From positions 1-35,687 of the forward strand of contig JBBQXJ010000048.1 in NCBI GenBank assembly GCA_038209745.1: a stretch of 35,687 bases of DNA, read 5' to 3'. This document shows, in pieces, positions 8,502 to 18,605 of the stretch. The notes beneath the pieces are model-generated. The model saw only the letters and a program-made list of their open reading frames with translations. It was not told the DNA's origin and ran no database searches. The stretch is from Verrucomicrobiota bacterium. Its GTDB lineage: Bacteria > Verrucomicrobiota > Verrucomicrobiia > Limisphaerales > CANJSG01. The translations under genes and the position numbers were made by a program. How positions within the stretch are numbered: the first letter of the stretch is position 1; the number at the start of each line of letters is the position of its first letter.

Positions 8502-9140
8502 TCAGTGACCGATGATTTCGTTCAACTGTCGGCTGGTCCGCTGTCCCAGAGTCTCGACGGAGGCGACTTGGGTCGGGCCAATGGGGCTGATGAGAAGATG
8601 GCCGATGTAGGATTTCACCGGGGGTCCGACCACGGATTCCGAAAAAGCAGCTCGCTGGATGCGGGCGGGAGCGGCCCAGCCGAAGAAATCGCTGCCGAGA
8701 TTGGCCACAGCCCGGGTTCTAGCGGCCTCGATCTGGGCCTTGGAGTAGGAAGCGGAATTCAGCAGGGCGAGCGCTGCGACAATGATCAGGGCGTGATGAA
8801 GGACACCCGCCATCATGCCCAAATAGTATTCGCCTCTGCCGAAGATGTCCTTGCTGACGAGTTTTTCGCCCATTTTGGTCCGCATGATCCCGGTGACGGT
8901 GACGATGACCAGGGCAATGGACAGGTAGGCGATCACCTTGCACCACCCGAGGCCGAGTGGCAGGAATCCTTTGATCTGACGGCCTAGGGGGTCGTTCGCA
9001 TAGGCGCCGATCACGACGATGCCCGCCCATTGAAGCAGCTGGAGGAGCTCGCCGGACATGCCAAGCTTGCGACCCCGGATCATTCCGAGAATCAAGAGCG
9101 TCAAAACGACGAGATCGAACCAATTGGGGACGATTTTCAT
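8502..9140 (-). CDS. CvpA (colicin V production) family membrane protein
   Basis: NWFDLVVLTLLILGMIRGRKLGMSGELL N-terminus, four TM segments and a YYLGMMAGVL motif. ATG at 9140. Confidence 0.8.
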   Translation of the reverse strand: MKIVPNWFDLVVLTLLILGMIRGRKLGMSGELLQLLQWAGIVVIGAYANDPLGRQIKGFLPLGLGWCKVIAYLSIALVIVTVTGIMRTKMGEKLVSKDIFGRGEYYLGMMAGVLHHALIIVAALALLNSASYSKAQIEAARTRAVANLGSDFFGWAAPARIQRAAFSESVVGPPVKSYIGHLLISPIGPTQVASVETLGQRTSRQLNEIIGH

Positions 9141-9231
9141 GGTGCAAAGCCTGCCAAGGCTGAGAAACGCACACGGCGTTCCATCTGCACGGGTGTATCG
9201 TCGGGAACGAGAAAAACTTGAACGGCGAGGT

Positions 9232-10284
9232 TCAGGGAATCGTTTCGATGCGGATCCGGCGGGGATTGGCGACACCGAGCTCCATCAGCTCCGCATTGGC
9301 GTAGATTTCGGTGGGAACGGGTGCTTTCGCGATTTTGGCGATGTCGCGCTGCCGTTCGAGTTCGACGAGGGCGAGGGTGTCGAGAGCGACGGCGTCCTTG
9401 CTGAACCACAACTGGTTGAGCGGAATCGAGTAGTGGAGGAGGCTGCGGTTCTCGCCCTGGTATTGGCAGATCAAGGCGTCGGTGATGTTCAGGGCCACGT
9501 GGTCGAAGATCTGGGGTTGGCTGTAGATTTCCGGAAGGGCGGACAGGAGGCGGTCGGTCCGGCCTTCGAAACGGTGGGCGTTGTCCACGACACCGAGGGA
9601 GGTGCTGAAGAGGTGGCCGGTGACGCCGGCGTCGTTGTTGTTCAGCAGGGGCACGATCGAAATGATCTTGTCCGCGTGGGTGATGGCTTTGGTGATGTAG
9701 GACTTCCGGCCGATGCCTTCGCCGGTCCGTCCGAACTCCGTGTCGCCGGCCAGCAAAGTCCCGGGGATGGGGTTTTCGTAGGCCGCGTTCGTGTCGAAGC
9801 CGGCCTCCACGCTGCCGGTCAGGTTCACTCCCAGCTTTTCGGCCAGCGCGGGATAGCCCGCGGCGCGGAGATCGCTCATCCGGCGATCGAGGATCGTGAT
9901 GTTGGTCTTGGCGACTCCGGCCTCGATCAGGTCCAGAGCCACGGCCTCGACACAGGGCAGGCGGGTGCCGCTGCTGGCTCCGGGGGTGGAGAAGACCTTG
10001 ATGACCACCCGGTCGTTCGTGGACACAAGACTGAGCCAAGCGGCGACGGCGTTGGTCTTGCCCGTGAGCCGGGCGATGCCGTCGCGGATCATGGTCTTCA
10101 CGACGGCCGGTCTGGCTTGGAGGGTCTCGGTGGCGGAGTCGTCGTGGACGACGACGACGCGGCTGCCGGACGCCGCATCGGAAAAAGGTGAAAGGGAAAT
10201 GTCGGCCGAGGCCGAAAGGCCGATGAGCGGGGCGATCAACCCTGCGACGATCTTGAACATGCTGGAGGCAACTCGTGGAAGCAT
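9232..10284 (-). CDS. DUF362 domain-containing protein, probably exported
   Basis: SRVVVVHD, WLSLVSTNDRVVIKV, ADKIISIVPL and LNITDALICQYQG...SKDAVALD resemble DUF362. Start at 10284 or 10260. Confidence 0.75.
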   Translation of the reverse strand: MLPRVASSMFKIVAGLIAPLIGLSASADISLSPFSDAASGSRVVVVHDDSATETLQARPAVVKTMIRDGIARLTGKTNAVAAWLSLVSTNDRVVIKVFSTPGASSGTRLPCVEAVALDLIEAGVAKTNITILDRRMSDLRAAGYPALAEKLGVNLTGSVEAGFDTNAAYENPIPGTLLAGDTEFGRTGEGIGRKSYITKAITHADKIISIVPLLNNNDAGVTGHLFSTSLGVVDNAHRFEGRTDRLLSALPEIYSQPQIFDHVALNITDALICQYQGENRSLLHYSIPLNQLWFSKDAVALDTLALVELERQRDIAKIAKAPVPTEIYANAELMELGVANPRRIRIETIP

Positions 10285-10342
10285 TCGCAAAACGACGCAA
10301 CTTGGCCGAGTCGGATGCCGCTGTCCACCACTGGAGCTGCAT

Positions 10343-13300
10343 TCAGGGGAGCGAGACTTCGAGGCGGAAGAGGCGCAACGGCTCTTCCGGCGACACGGAG
10401 TTGGTGCTGCTTCGGGTTGGAAAAGCCAAACCTTCGAGCGGAGTGAGCGGCTCGAGCGTGTCCACCAGGTTCGTGCCGGACCAGAGAGTGTAGATCCGCC
10501 CGGCGACGGCATCCCAACTGAGGACGATCTTTCCGGAGACCTGGTCCTGCACCGATCGCAGACGCAGCTGGCTCGCCGGGTCCTGCGGATCAAGCCCGGC
10601 GACGTAGCTCTCCCAGAGCGGCAATCCATTCGCTCCAGTCAGAACGACTGCGGACTCGAAGTCGCCGGTGGCACCGTGCTCCGCCAGCCACACTTGGGGC
10701 GTGGGATGGTTCGTCGTCACAAGCTCCGCGAACCGGGCTTCGACGAGCAGGTTCGACCGGACCGTCAGGGTCAGCGGATTGTCCGATCCGGAGGCGTCGC
10801 CGCTCCAGCCGACGAACTCGTAGTAGGGAGCGGGAGTGGCGGTGAGGATGGCTTCGGCCGCAACACCCACGGTGAGATTGGTCGGGGTGACGAAACCCCA
10901 GGCAGGGTCGTTGACCGTGGCGATCAAGGTGGCATCGGGAGTGGTGTCCAGCTCCGTGACGAAGACCGCGACGCTGTCCAGTCCGGTGGCCGTCACGGAG
11001 AAGACGGCATCGCCGTCCAGTTGATCCGGATCGGGCAAGGCCGCGAGAGTGACCGTCGCGCCCGTGGACCAATTGGAGGCGTCTAGCACATTGGTGGCGC
11101 CGGATTCGACGAGGAGATTGGTGCTGCCGCTGGCATGAGTGACCACGAAGGAGACGGGCACGGCAGGTGCGGAGGAAAGGCGAACCTGGAAGAGGTTGGT
11201 GCCGCCTTCGGCGATGCTGAACACCGACGGACTGACGATGAGGAACGGCGCTTCCACGGGGATCGCCACGGTGAAAGCGCCGAGCGCCGATTCGGCGACG
11301 GGGTTGTTGTAGATGTCGGTCACTGCGCCTTCCAGCAGAGTGATATGATAAGTGCCATTGTCCGTGAGGCTCCAGGCTCCGTCCGGGGCGGGAACGGAAT
11401 ACGTGGCGGTGCGCGGAGAGCCGTCGGGCGCCGAGTCCACACCGGCGAACGCCACAAGATTCGAATAGCCGTTGGGACCGGTCACCCGCAGGTCGCCGTC
11501 GCCCAGAGAAGCGACGCTGACGGCGACGTTGTCGCTGTAGGTGACGCTGAAGGATTGGCTGGGCGAGCCGGCGGCCGTGATGTTTGCGACGCTCAGCAAG
11601 GCGGTGGGCGGCACGGTGTCGAGCGCGCCGCCGCTGAGGATTTCGACGTCGTCGATGTTCCAGCCGATGCTGTTGCCTGCGGAGTCCGAGCCCAGACCCC
11701 AGCGTAGTTGGAGGCGGTGGCTGCCAGCCGTCCATGCTGGCAGGGCGTATTGGATCTCCTGCCATGACCCGTCGTTCACGGTGCGCGTGGTGGACCAGAG
11801 CGAGGACCAGGCTGAGCCGTTGGTGGAGACTTGAACGAGGGCCGTGTCGCGGTTGCCCAGCCCGAGCCAACGGCGGAAGCGCAGCGTCAGCGCAGCGGCG
11901 TTGCCGCAGTCGATCCGGGGCGTGGTGGCGTAGACGGTGCCGAGGTTGTTCGCATAGTTGCCGCCCAGATTGTAGCCGATGATCCTGGAGCCGGTGTAGC
12001 CGCCGGTCGGTCCGGAGCCGCTGTAGTTCGGGGTGCCATAGGCCCATTGGCCGCCGAAGGTCCAGCCCGGGTCCGTGTCCATGTTGGCCACGTAGACGGC
12101 GGCGGAAACCGCGACGGTGAACTGGCCGAGGACTTTTCCCGCAACCGCCGACCCTTCGGTGTCGGAGACGGTTCCGTCGAGGAGCTCCACGGTGTAGAGC
12201 CCGTTGTCGGCGGGTGTCCAGACCGAGCCGTTCGGTGCCGGCGCCGCATAGGTGGCGACGCGGGGCGATCCGTTCGCCAGTTGGTCGACGCCGATAAAAA
12301 GCGCTCCCTTGTCATAGGCGTTCGGACCAGTGATCCGGATGTCGGAGGAATCCAGGCTGGAGACGTCGATCGCCAGATTGTCGGTGTAGGTGACCGTGAA
12401 CCCATGCGCGGAAACTCCGGTCCCGGTGAGGTCCGCCAGAATCGCCTCGGCCTGCGGTGGCGCGACGTAGCCCGAGGGGATGACGTAGCCGCTGATGAAG
12501 TATTGGCCCACGCCGCCGTAAGCCGTGTAGCCGGTCGGAGCGGAGCTGAAGGGATCCCCGACCCCGACGTTGCTGACGCGCAGAAAATAGGCGCCCTCCG
12601 GGAGGGTTGCGGTGATGCGGGCCGAGGTCTGGCCGACCGGGTTGGTCGAGAGAACCAAGGAGCCCGATCCATCAAAGAGATCCAGCTGGAGGTCGATGTC
12701 GCCGCCGCGGGTGTCGGCCGGCGAAATCCAGGGATTGACGGCCAGGCTGATGGTGCCGGCGCCGGTGATGAAGGAGAACATGTCCACGTCCGTGTTGCGC
12801 TCCAGGACGCCCTTGTTCGCCGGAGAGGTGTTGGAAGGATCCGTTTCCGGGGTGGTCGAGACGATGTTCGTGCCTCCGGTCAGGACCAGTGCGGTGGCGG
12901 TCGCCGCCGTGTCGCCGTGGTCGTCGCGCCGATAGGAGAGCTTGGCGGCGATGACGGCCAGGTCGTCCTGCGTGTTGTTGGCGAGATAGTATTCGCCCTT
13001 GGACCATTGGCTGACGTTGTGGTTGTAGCCGGTGCCCATGATCGGGGCCCAGGAGGTTTCCCCGCTCCCGTGGCCGCCGTAATATTCCTTGCCGTCGGTC
13101 CGGCCGTCGTGGCTCAGGCCCATGTTGTGGCCGATCTCGTGGGCGGCCGCCTCGCCGATGAAGGATTCGTTGTTCCCGAGGTTGTCCGCGTAGATCCAGG
13201 CGGGGCGGTAGTTCGCGTAGCTGCCGGTGGCGAACACGTTCACATAGGCCACGCCGCCGCTGGTCGAAGAAGGATTGCTGGCGCCGTTCGCATCGGTGTG

Positions 13301-13975
13301 CCGCGTGATGAGCGCCATGGCGGTGCGGCTGTTGAAGGCCGCCGGACGCGCCGTGGTGACGTCGATGTCGAAGGCCGCGTAGTCCTCCGCCACCCGTTCC
13401 CAGACCCGCTTGATGACGGCCTGTTCGGAATCGCTGTAGGTGGTGAGATCGGCGTCGGAGCTGAAGGCCACGGCGGGAATGCTGGAACGCCCGACCGACG
13501 TGTTCCAAGAGGTGCCGGAGATGGTGTCCCCGGCGAAGTTCAGGAAGAGGACGTTGGCCGAACCGGGACGGCTGTGGAAGACGAGCGCGGCGGGGAAGGG
13601 CGACACCGGGACGGCGGCGGCGGCGGCGACCGGTTCGCTGGCGGAGGTGCCCGGCTCGGCTGGAAGGTCGGCCGGATCTTCGTAGTAGATGCCTCCGTCC
13701 GGATCGGCGTGCAGCGTGTCCAGGTCCAGATCGGTGAAATGGAAATCTCGCAGCCATGACACCGCCCGGGTTCGGGCGTAGGTGGGAAGCCCTTCGATGC
13801 GGGTGCGCAGGCGGCCGGTCGGCAGATCCTCGCTGCGGGTGATGCTCCCGGGTCTGAATTCACGATGGCCCAAAGGCGCCGGAGCAAGCGGCTGGGCGGC
13901 ATTGACAGACAGAACCATCACCACCGCCAGCGGGACGGCTCCGAGAACAACCCCTGCGATCCGACATAGGTTCAT
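10343..13975 (-). CDS. Large secreted zinc metalloprotease (metzincin, reprolysin-like) with PPC and multiple beta-sandwich domains
   Basis: Signal peptide, HEIGHNMGLSHD (HExxHxxGxxH) and Met-turn APIMG. A PPC-like domain follows (DVDMFSF...YFLRVS), then a duplicated ~117-aa domain. Start taken as the ATG at 13975. Confidence 0.88.
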   Translation of the reverse strand: MNLCRIAGVVLGAVPLAVVMVLSVNAAQPLAPAPLGHREFRPGSITRSEDLPTGRLRTRIEGLPTYARTRAVSWLRDFHFTDLDLDTLHADPDGGIYYEDPADLPAEPGTSASEPVAAAAAVPVSPFPAALVFHSRPGSANVLFLNFAGDTISGTSWNTSVGRSSIPAVAFSSDADLTTYSDSEQAVIKRVWERVAEDYAAFDIDVTTARPAAFNSRTAMALITRHTDANGASNPSSTSGGVAYVNVFATGSYANYRPAWIYADNLGNNESFIGEAAAHEIGHNMGLSHDGRTDGKEYYGGHGSGETSWAPIMGTGYNHNVSQWSKGEYYLANNTQDDLAVIAAKLSYRRDDHGDTAATATALVLTGGTNIVSTTPETDPSNTSPANKGVLERNTDVDMFSFITGAGTISLAVNPWISPADTRGGDIDLQLDLFDGSGSLVLSTNPVGQTSARITATLPEGAYFLRVSNVGVGDPFSSAPTGYTAYGGVGQYFISGYVIPSGYVAPPQAEAILADLTGTGVSAHGFTVTYTDNLAIDVSSLDSSDIRITGPNAYDKGALFIGVDQLANGSPRVATYAAPAPNGSVWTPADNGLYTVELLDGTVSDTEGSAVAGKVLGQFTVAVSAAVYVANMDTDPGWTFGGQWAYGTPNYSGSGPTGGYTGSRIIGYNLGGNYANNLGTVYATTPRIDCGNAAALTLRFRRWLGLGNRDTALVQVSTNGSAWSSLWSTTRTVNDGSWQEIQYALPAWTAGSHRLQLRWGLGSDSAGNSIGWNIDDVEILSGGALDTVPPTALLSVANITAAGSPSQSFSVTYSDNVAVSVASLGDGDLRVTGPNGYSNLVAFAGVDSAPDGSPRTATYSVPAPDGAWSLTDNGTYHITLLEGAVTDIYNNPVAESALGAFTVAIPVEAPFLIVSPSVFSIAEGGTNLFQVRLSSAPAVPVSFVVTHASGSTNLLVESGATNVLDASNWSTGATVTLAALPDPDQLDGDAVFSVTATGLDSVAVFVTELDTTPDATLIATVNDPAWGFVTPTNLTVGVAAEAILTATPAPYYEFVGWSGDASGSDNPLTLTVRSNLLVEARFAELVTTNHPTPQVWLAEHGATGDFESAVVLTGANGLPLWESYVAGLDPQDPASQLRLRSVQDQVSGKIVLSWDAVAGRIYTLWSGTNLVDTLEPLTPLEGLAFPTRSSTNSVSPEEPLRLFRLEVSLP

Positions 13976-14206
13976 GATGGTGGGCACGCGAGAAACCACG
14001 AAGAACGAGGCAATTCTCATGCCGTCGACCAGTGGAATGTGTCGAAGGTTCTCCGGCTGATCTGGAAAATCAACTTGGAGCCACAGGAGCACCGTGCTGG
14101 TCGGGGGAATAAGCGGTCATCAAGAGCCATCCCGGATCGCGGATGGAATCTGACCCGGAATAATCCGAAGTCCCTTTGGCTCCCACCCGAGAAACAGATC
14201 ACCACC

Positions 14207-14722
14207 ATGAAATCCACCCGCCTCTCTTCAATCCTGGTCACGCTTCTTCTGGCCGCTTCCCCGCTCCTAGCGGGGCCGCCCAAGGACTTCACCCTTCCCG
14301 CCGTCAAGGGTGGCTCCGAATTCAAGCTCTCCGCCGCCAAGGGCAGCTACGTCGCGCTCCACTTCCTGCTCAAGACCGAGTGCCCTTTCTGTCTGCGCCA
14401 TACCCACACCTACCTCACGCGCATGGGCGAATTGCCAAACGTGAAACAGGTCTTCATCAAGCCGGACTCCGTCGAGGACCTCCAGAAATGGGCCAAGGAC
14501 ATGCCGGACAATTCCCCCATCTACCGCGATGCCGACGCCACCCTCGCCAAGGCCTATGGCATCCCGGATGGCTATAAGTTCCACGGTGAGACGGTCCACT
14601 TCCCCGCTTTGGTTTTGCTCGATCCTTCGGGCAAGGAAGTCTTCCGCTACGTCGGCGAGAGCAACCGCGAGCGCTATTCCTTCGACGACCTGAAGAAGAA
14701 GATCGCCGAGTTGAAGAAGTGA
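14207..14722 (+). CDS. Exported thioredoxin-fold redoxin (AhpC/TSA/TlpA-like)
   Basis: Signal peptide, PKDFTLP, CPFC motif and FPALVLLDPSGKEVFRYVG. Confidence 0.85.
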   Translation: MKSTRLSSILVTLLLAASPLLAGPPKDFTLPAVKGGSEFKLSAAKGSYVALHFLLKTECPFCLRHTHTYLTRMGELPNVKQVFIKPDSVEDLQKWAKDMPDNSPIYRDADATLAKAYGIPDGYKFHGETVHFPALVLLDPSGKEVFRYVGESNRERYSFDDLKKKIAELKK

Positions 14723-14990
14723 GCCGGGCCCAAGCGGACTGTGAGTTCCGCATCCATGGCGCCGTTGGTTCCGGGTACGGACAAGAACGACAAGGCGAAA
14801 GCCCGGTCCACAATGGTGACGATGACCGGACCGTGCGTTGAATGATGAGCCAGGTCTGAAGCACGGGAGACGGGAGACCCGTGCGGCAGCGCAGTGCCGG
14901 GCTTGACCCGGCGAGGCTCCTTCCACAGGAATGGTCTCTTCCGACCGGTCCGGCGGTGCGCTCCGCACCCGAGCCCGGTTTGGACCGACC

Positions 14991-15737
14991 ATGAACCCGC
15001 AATCCTCTCCGAGTTCCGGATCCAACCCGGCAACCGACCGGCTGTTTTCCGGACGCGCCTTTGTCGCGATATTGGGCGCGGCCCGCGATGTCGGAGTCGC
15101 CCGCTGGAAGTCCCTGGCGGCTGTATTGGCCTGCTGCTTCGCGATCGCCCTGGCTCTGCGGCCGTTTGATGCGGGCTGGATGGAGCCGGTGAAATCCGGG
15201 CGCGACCCGTCGCTGATCCGGCTCGCCGAATCACTGAGCCACTGGGGTGAATTCCATCTCGGACCGCTGATCCTGCTCGCGATTGTCGGCGCTCTTGGCT
15301 GGGCGTTGCGCCGCAGGGAATGGATCTACGGGGCGGTCAGCGGCGTCTTGGCCGGAGCCGGCGCGGGCCTGATCGTCATGGTGTTGAAAGTGGTCTTCGG
15401 TCGGCCGCGACCCAGCGAAGGCATCGTCGACGGATTCTACTGGTTCAAGTTCGGGGCCGCGTGGGCCTCGTTTCCGTCCGGCCATGCGACCCATTGCTTT
15501 GCCATGGCGACGGGTCTCTCGATGGTCTTGCCGAAGACCTGGCCGGTGAGTCTGGCGGCTGCTTTTGCGGTTGCGTGGTCCCGCTACTATCTCGACCGAC
15601 ACTATCCGACCGATCTGTTGATGGGTGCCTGTTTGGGCGTGTGCCTGGGCGTGGTCTTCGGTCTGGCCGCGCGCTGTTGCTTGAATCCACCGACCGGCGC
15701 TTCGGCGGCTCCGGTTCTCTCCCTCCATTCACCGTGA
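14991..15737 (+). CDS. PAP2 family phosphatase
   Basis: KVVFGRPRP, SFPSGH and SRYYLDRHYPTD (PAP2 motifs C1-C3). Start approximate. Confidence 0.92.
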   Translation: MNPQSSPSSGSNPATDRLFSGRAFVAILGAARDVGVARWKSLAAVLACCFAIALALRPFDAGWMEPVKSGRDPSLIRLAESLSHWGEFHLGPLILLAIVGALGWALRRREWIYGAVSGVLAGAGAGLIVMVLKVVFGRPRPSEGIVDGFYWFKFGAAWASFPSGHATHCFAMATGLSMVLPKTWPVSLAAAFAVAWSRYYLDRHYPTDLLMGACLGVCLGVVFGLAARCCLNPPTGASAAPVLSLHSP

Positions 15738-17374
15738 ACCGCCTCATCGTCGGCCCGTGGGCGCCCTGGATCCTCGTCGCGGTCGTCCTGCTCATGCTCG
15801 TGCCGGGCACGGCGTCTTTGCCGTTGGTCGATCGGGACGAACCCCGCTTCGCCCGCGCAACCGTCGAGATGGTCGAGCGCGCCGACTGGATCAAGCCCAC
15901 CTTCAACGGACAGGACCGCTTCGACAAACCGGTCCTGACCTACTGGCTCATGCGCGCCGGCTATGCGCTCTGTGGACAGGGAGAATTCGGAGCCCGGCTC
16001 CATTCGATCGTCTCCGCCCTGCTGCTCGTGCTGCTGACGTGGCACACCGGGCGGCGCTGGTTCGACGCGCGGGCCGGCTTTCTGGCCGCGTTGGGTCTCG
16101 CCACCTGCGTCCAGATGTTCCTCCACGGTCGGTTGGCCTTGGCGGACATGCCGATGGTCGCCTGCGTCGCGCTCGTGATGGTCGCGCTGGGGGAACTGTT
16201 GCTCGCGCCCGAACCCGGCCAAGCGCGGACAAACCTCCGTTTCTGGTGGTGGGCGTTGTATCTCGGTCTGGGCGTCGGATTCCTGGCGAAGGGCCCGATC
16301 GTCTTGGCGGTGCCGGTGGTGGGCCTCGCGCTGATGCGCTGGGCGCTCTGGCGCAAGCCTCTTCCGTGGTCGCGGCTGAAACCGTTTCGGGGACTGCTCG
16401 TGACTCTGGCCATCATGGCGTCGTGGGGTGTGCCGGCGTTGCTGGTGACCCAGGGACGATTCTTCTCCGTCGGCGTCGGCGAGCATGTGGTGCAGCGCGG
16501 TTACGACCGCTTCAACAACCGGGGCTACACGCCGTTCTTCTATCTCGGCACCGCCCCGCTGAGCCTCTTCCCGTGGATCGGGCTGGCCGGGCTGGCCTAC
16601 TTCGCGGCGCGCCGGAAATGGTCCGCGCGCAACGCCTGGATCACCAGTTGGATGGCGGCGCCGTATTGCATCTTCACCGCCTACGCGACGCAGCTTCCGC
16701 ACTATGTGCTGCCGGCGTTTCCCGCCTTCTTCCTGCTGCTGGGACAAGGCCTGGGAATGCCCGAGCGGATGCGCGGTGCCCGGCGGTTGGGCCGGGTCTT
16801 CGCCGGGGCGATGGCGGTGATCGCAGCAGCGGGCATCGTCGTCCTGGCGGTCATTACGCCGCCGGCCGGAACCGAAGCGATGCGGTTCGCGTCTCTGGGC
16901 GCGCTGTTCGCGGTGCTGGGGTTGACCCTGTTGCCGTTCGCCGTGCTGGGGGAACGGGTCTGGCTGGGGGTCGCCGGAATGCTGGCGGTGGCGGGAGGCT
17001 CGCTCGCGCTCGGCCATTATGCGCGGCAGGTGCATCCGGCGGTCCACTTCGCCGCCGACTGGCGCGCGCTCTCCGCCGATACGCGGTTGGTGGGATATGA
17101 CTTCTCGGAACCGAGTCTCGTCTTCTACTCCGGTCGTTCGTGGATCTTCCCCTCCGACGAGGAGCAACTGGCAGCGGAGATCGCCAAGCCCGGTCCCATG
17201 GTCGTCGTCACGGTGGTCAAGGAATGCGACCCAGTGCTGCTCCTTTTGGGCCGCGAACGCTGGCGCGACAAGGAGCAGCCCGCCGGCCTGGGGAGCTGGA
17301 CCCACGAAGACTATGCAGGCCTGAACTTCGGCCGCACACGGTGGCAGGTGCTCCGGGTGTCCCGCCGGGAATGA
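15734..17374 (+). CDS. ArnT-like GT-C glycosyltransferase (family 39/83)
   Basis: DRDEPRFARATVEM, FDKPVLTYWL, LAKGP and QLPHYVLPAFP motifs. The GTG start overlaps the PAP2 stop (GTGA). Confidence 0.92.
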   Translation: MNRLIVGPWAPWILVAVVLLMLVPGTASLPLVDRDEPRFARATVEMVERADWIKPTFNGQDRFDKPVLTYWLMRAGYALCGQGEFGARLHSIVSALLLVLLTWHTGRRWFDARAGFLAALGLATCVQMFLHGRLALADMPMVACVALVMVALGELLLAPEPGQARTNLRFWWWALYLGLGVGFLAKGPIVLAVPVVGLALMRWALWRKPLPWSRLKPFRGLLVTLAIMASWGVPALLVTQGRFFSVGVGEHVVQRGYDRFNNRGYTPFFYLGTAPLSLFPWIGLAGLAYFAARRKWSARNAWITSWMAAPYCIFTAYATQLPHYVLPAFPAFFLLLGQGLGMPERMRGARRLGRVFAGAMAVIAAAGIVVLAVITPPAGTEAMRFASLGALFAVLGLTLLPFAVLGERVWLGVAGMLAVAGGSLALGHYARQVHPAVHFAADWRALSADTRLVGYDFSEPSLVFYSGRSWIFPSDEEQLAAEIAKPGPMVVVTVVKECDPVLLLLGRERWRDKEQPAGLGSWTHEDYAGLNFGRTRWQVLRVSRRE

Positions 17375-17407
17375 AGCCGCGCGGTCCCGTCGGACCACGC
17401 GGCTCCA

Positions 17408-17602
17408 CTATTTCGTTCGTCGACCCACGCCCCAGATCAGCCACACGGCCAGCGCCACCAGGAGGATGACCCACCAGAGGTAGCGGAGCTCGCGCGCGGC
17501 CATCTCGACGAAGCCGAGCGCGGTCGGAAAGACCAGCACGAGCGCGATCCCCAGGGCGACGAGAACGCCGGACCACAGGATCGCCCGGGACTTGGGAGTC
17601 AT
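17408..17602 (-). CDS. Small two-TM membrane protein
   Basis: 64 aa with two hydrophobic helices and a basic C-terminus. Starts 4 nt after the SPFH gene stop. Confidence 0.7.
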   Translation of the reverse strand: MTPKSRAILWSGVLVALGIALVLVFPTALGFVEMAARELRYLWWVILLVALAVWLIWGVGRRTK

Positions 17603-17606
17603 TGGA

Positions 17607-18479
17607 TCAACGGGATGGCTGGCGCACCGGGGGATTCGGAGCCGTCAGTGAAGAAGGCGGCAGCGCCTGCATCGAGCGATGGATCTCGTCCAGCGGCAGC
17701 AGGATGTTCGCCCCGCCGCCCTGTCCGCCGCTGATGACCAGCGGCGTGCGGCCGTCCCACTTCTCCACGATCTGGAGGTCGATGAACTGCGGGCTGAGCT
17801 TCAACGCCTCGCTCCGGACACGGATGCCCTCGGCCTCGCCCTTCGCCTTGATGATGGCGGTCTCGGCTTCGATCTCCGCCTTCTGCTGGGTGAACTTCGC
17901 CTTCGCCGCCTCCTGTTCCTGGACCATCTTCGCTTCGATGGCGGTTTCGAGTTCGGGGCTCAGGGTGATGTCCTCGATCACCAGATCCTCGATCATCAAA
18001 ATGTCGCCGACCTTGGACTTCGCCAGGGCCAGCGCCTTGGTCTTTATCTCCTCCCGGCGCTTGACGATCATTTCCGCGCTCATCTGCGAGGTCACCTCCT
18101 TCATCGCTTCCATCACCCGGGGCGCGATGAGCGAGTCGAACGGGCTGCCGGAATACTCCTGGAAGATCTTCACCACGGACGCTTCCGGCGTCCGGTAGAG
18201 AACCTTCAATTCCATCGTGACCTGCTGGAGATCGGAGGAATAGCACGCCGCCTTGGTGGGTGCGGTGCGCTGCCGGATCTCGACGGGGATGATCTGGGTG
18301 ATGAAAGGCGTCTTCAGGCCGAACCCTTCCGGTTTGAAGCCCGGAGACACCTTGCCCAGCGTGACTTCGATGCCGCGAAATCCGGGAGACACGGTGTAGG
18401 TGGAAGTGGCGGCGACGATGATCCCCACGAACAGGAGAATGGCGACACCGATGGTCTTGGCGAGTGCTTGGGGGCTCAT
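17607..18479 (-). CDS. Prohibitin/SPFH (band 7) family protein
   Basis: N-terminal TM, VSPGFRGI, SSDLQQV, AIEAKMVQEQEA coiled coil and IVEKWDGRTP. Confidence 0.92.
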   Translation of the reverse strand: MSPQALAKTIGVAILLFVGIIVAATSTYTVSPGFRGIEVTLGKVSPGFKPEGFGLKTPFITQIIPVEIRQRTAPTKAACYSSDLQQVTMELKVLYRTPEASVVKIFQEYSGSPFDSLIAPRVMEAMKEVTSQMSAEMIVKRREEIKTKALALAKSKVGDILMIEDLVIEDITLSPELETAIEAKMVQEQEAAKAKFTQQKAEIEAETAIIKAKGEAEGIRVRSEALKLSPQFIDLQIVEKWDGRTPLVISGGQGGGANILLPLDEIHRSMQALPPSSLTAPNPPVRQPSR

Positions 18480-18605
18480 GATTGGTTTGGGCGAATTGGA
18501 ATACTGATTCACGAAACACTCTTGCACGCTTCGCCCCCGACTAGGCAAGTGGAAGAGCCTCCTTCATTTTCAACCCGTGCCCGAGGACGTCCTTCGCCGA
18601 AGACG

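Noticed and set aside
14723..14990. Intergenic stretch with short hairpins as a possible RNA or gene remnant
   Set aside because: Only short GC-rich stems expected by chance, and no recognisable motif or protein similarity.
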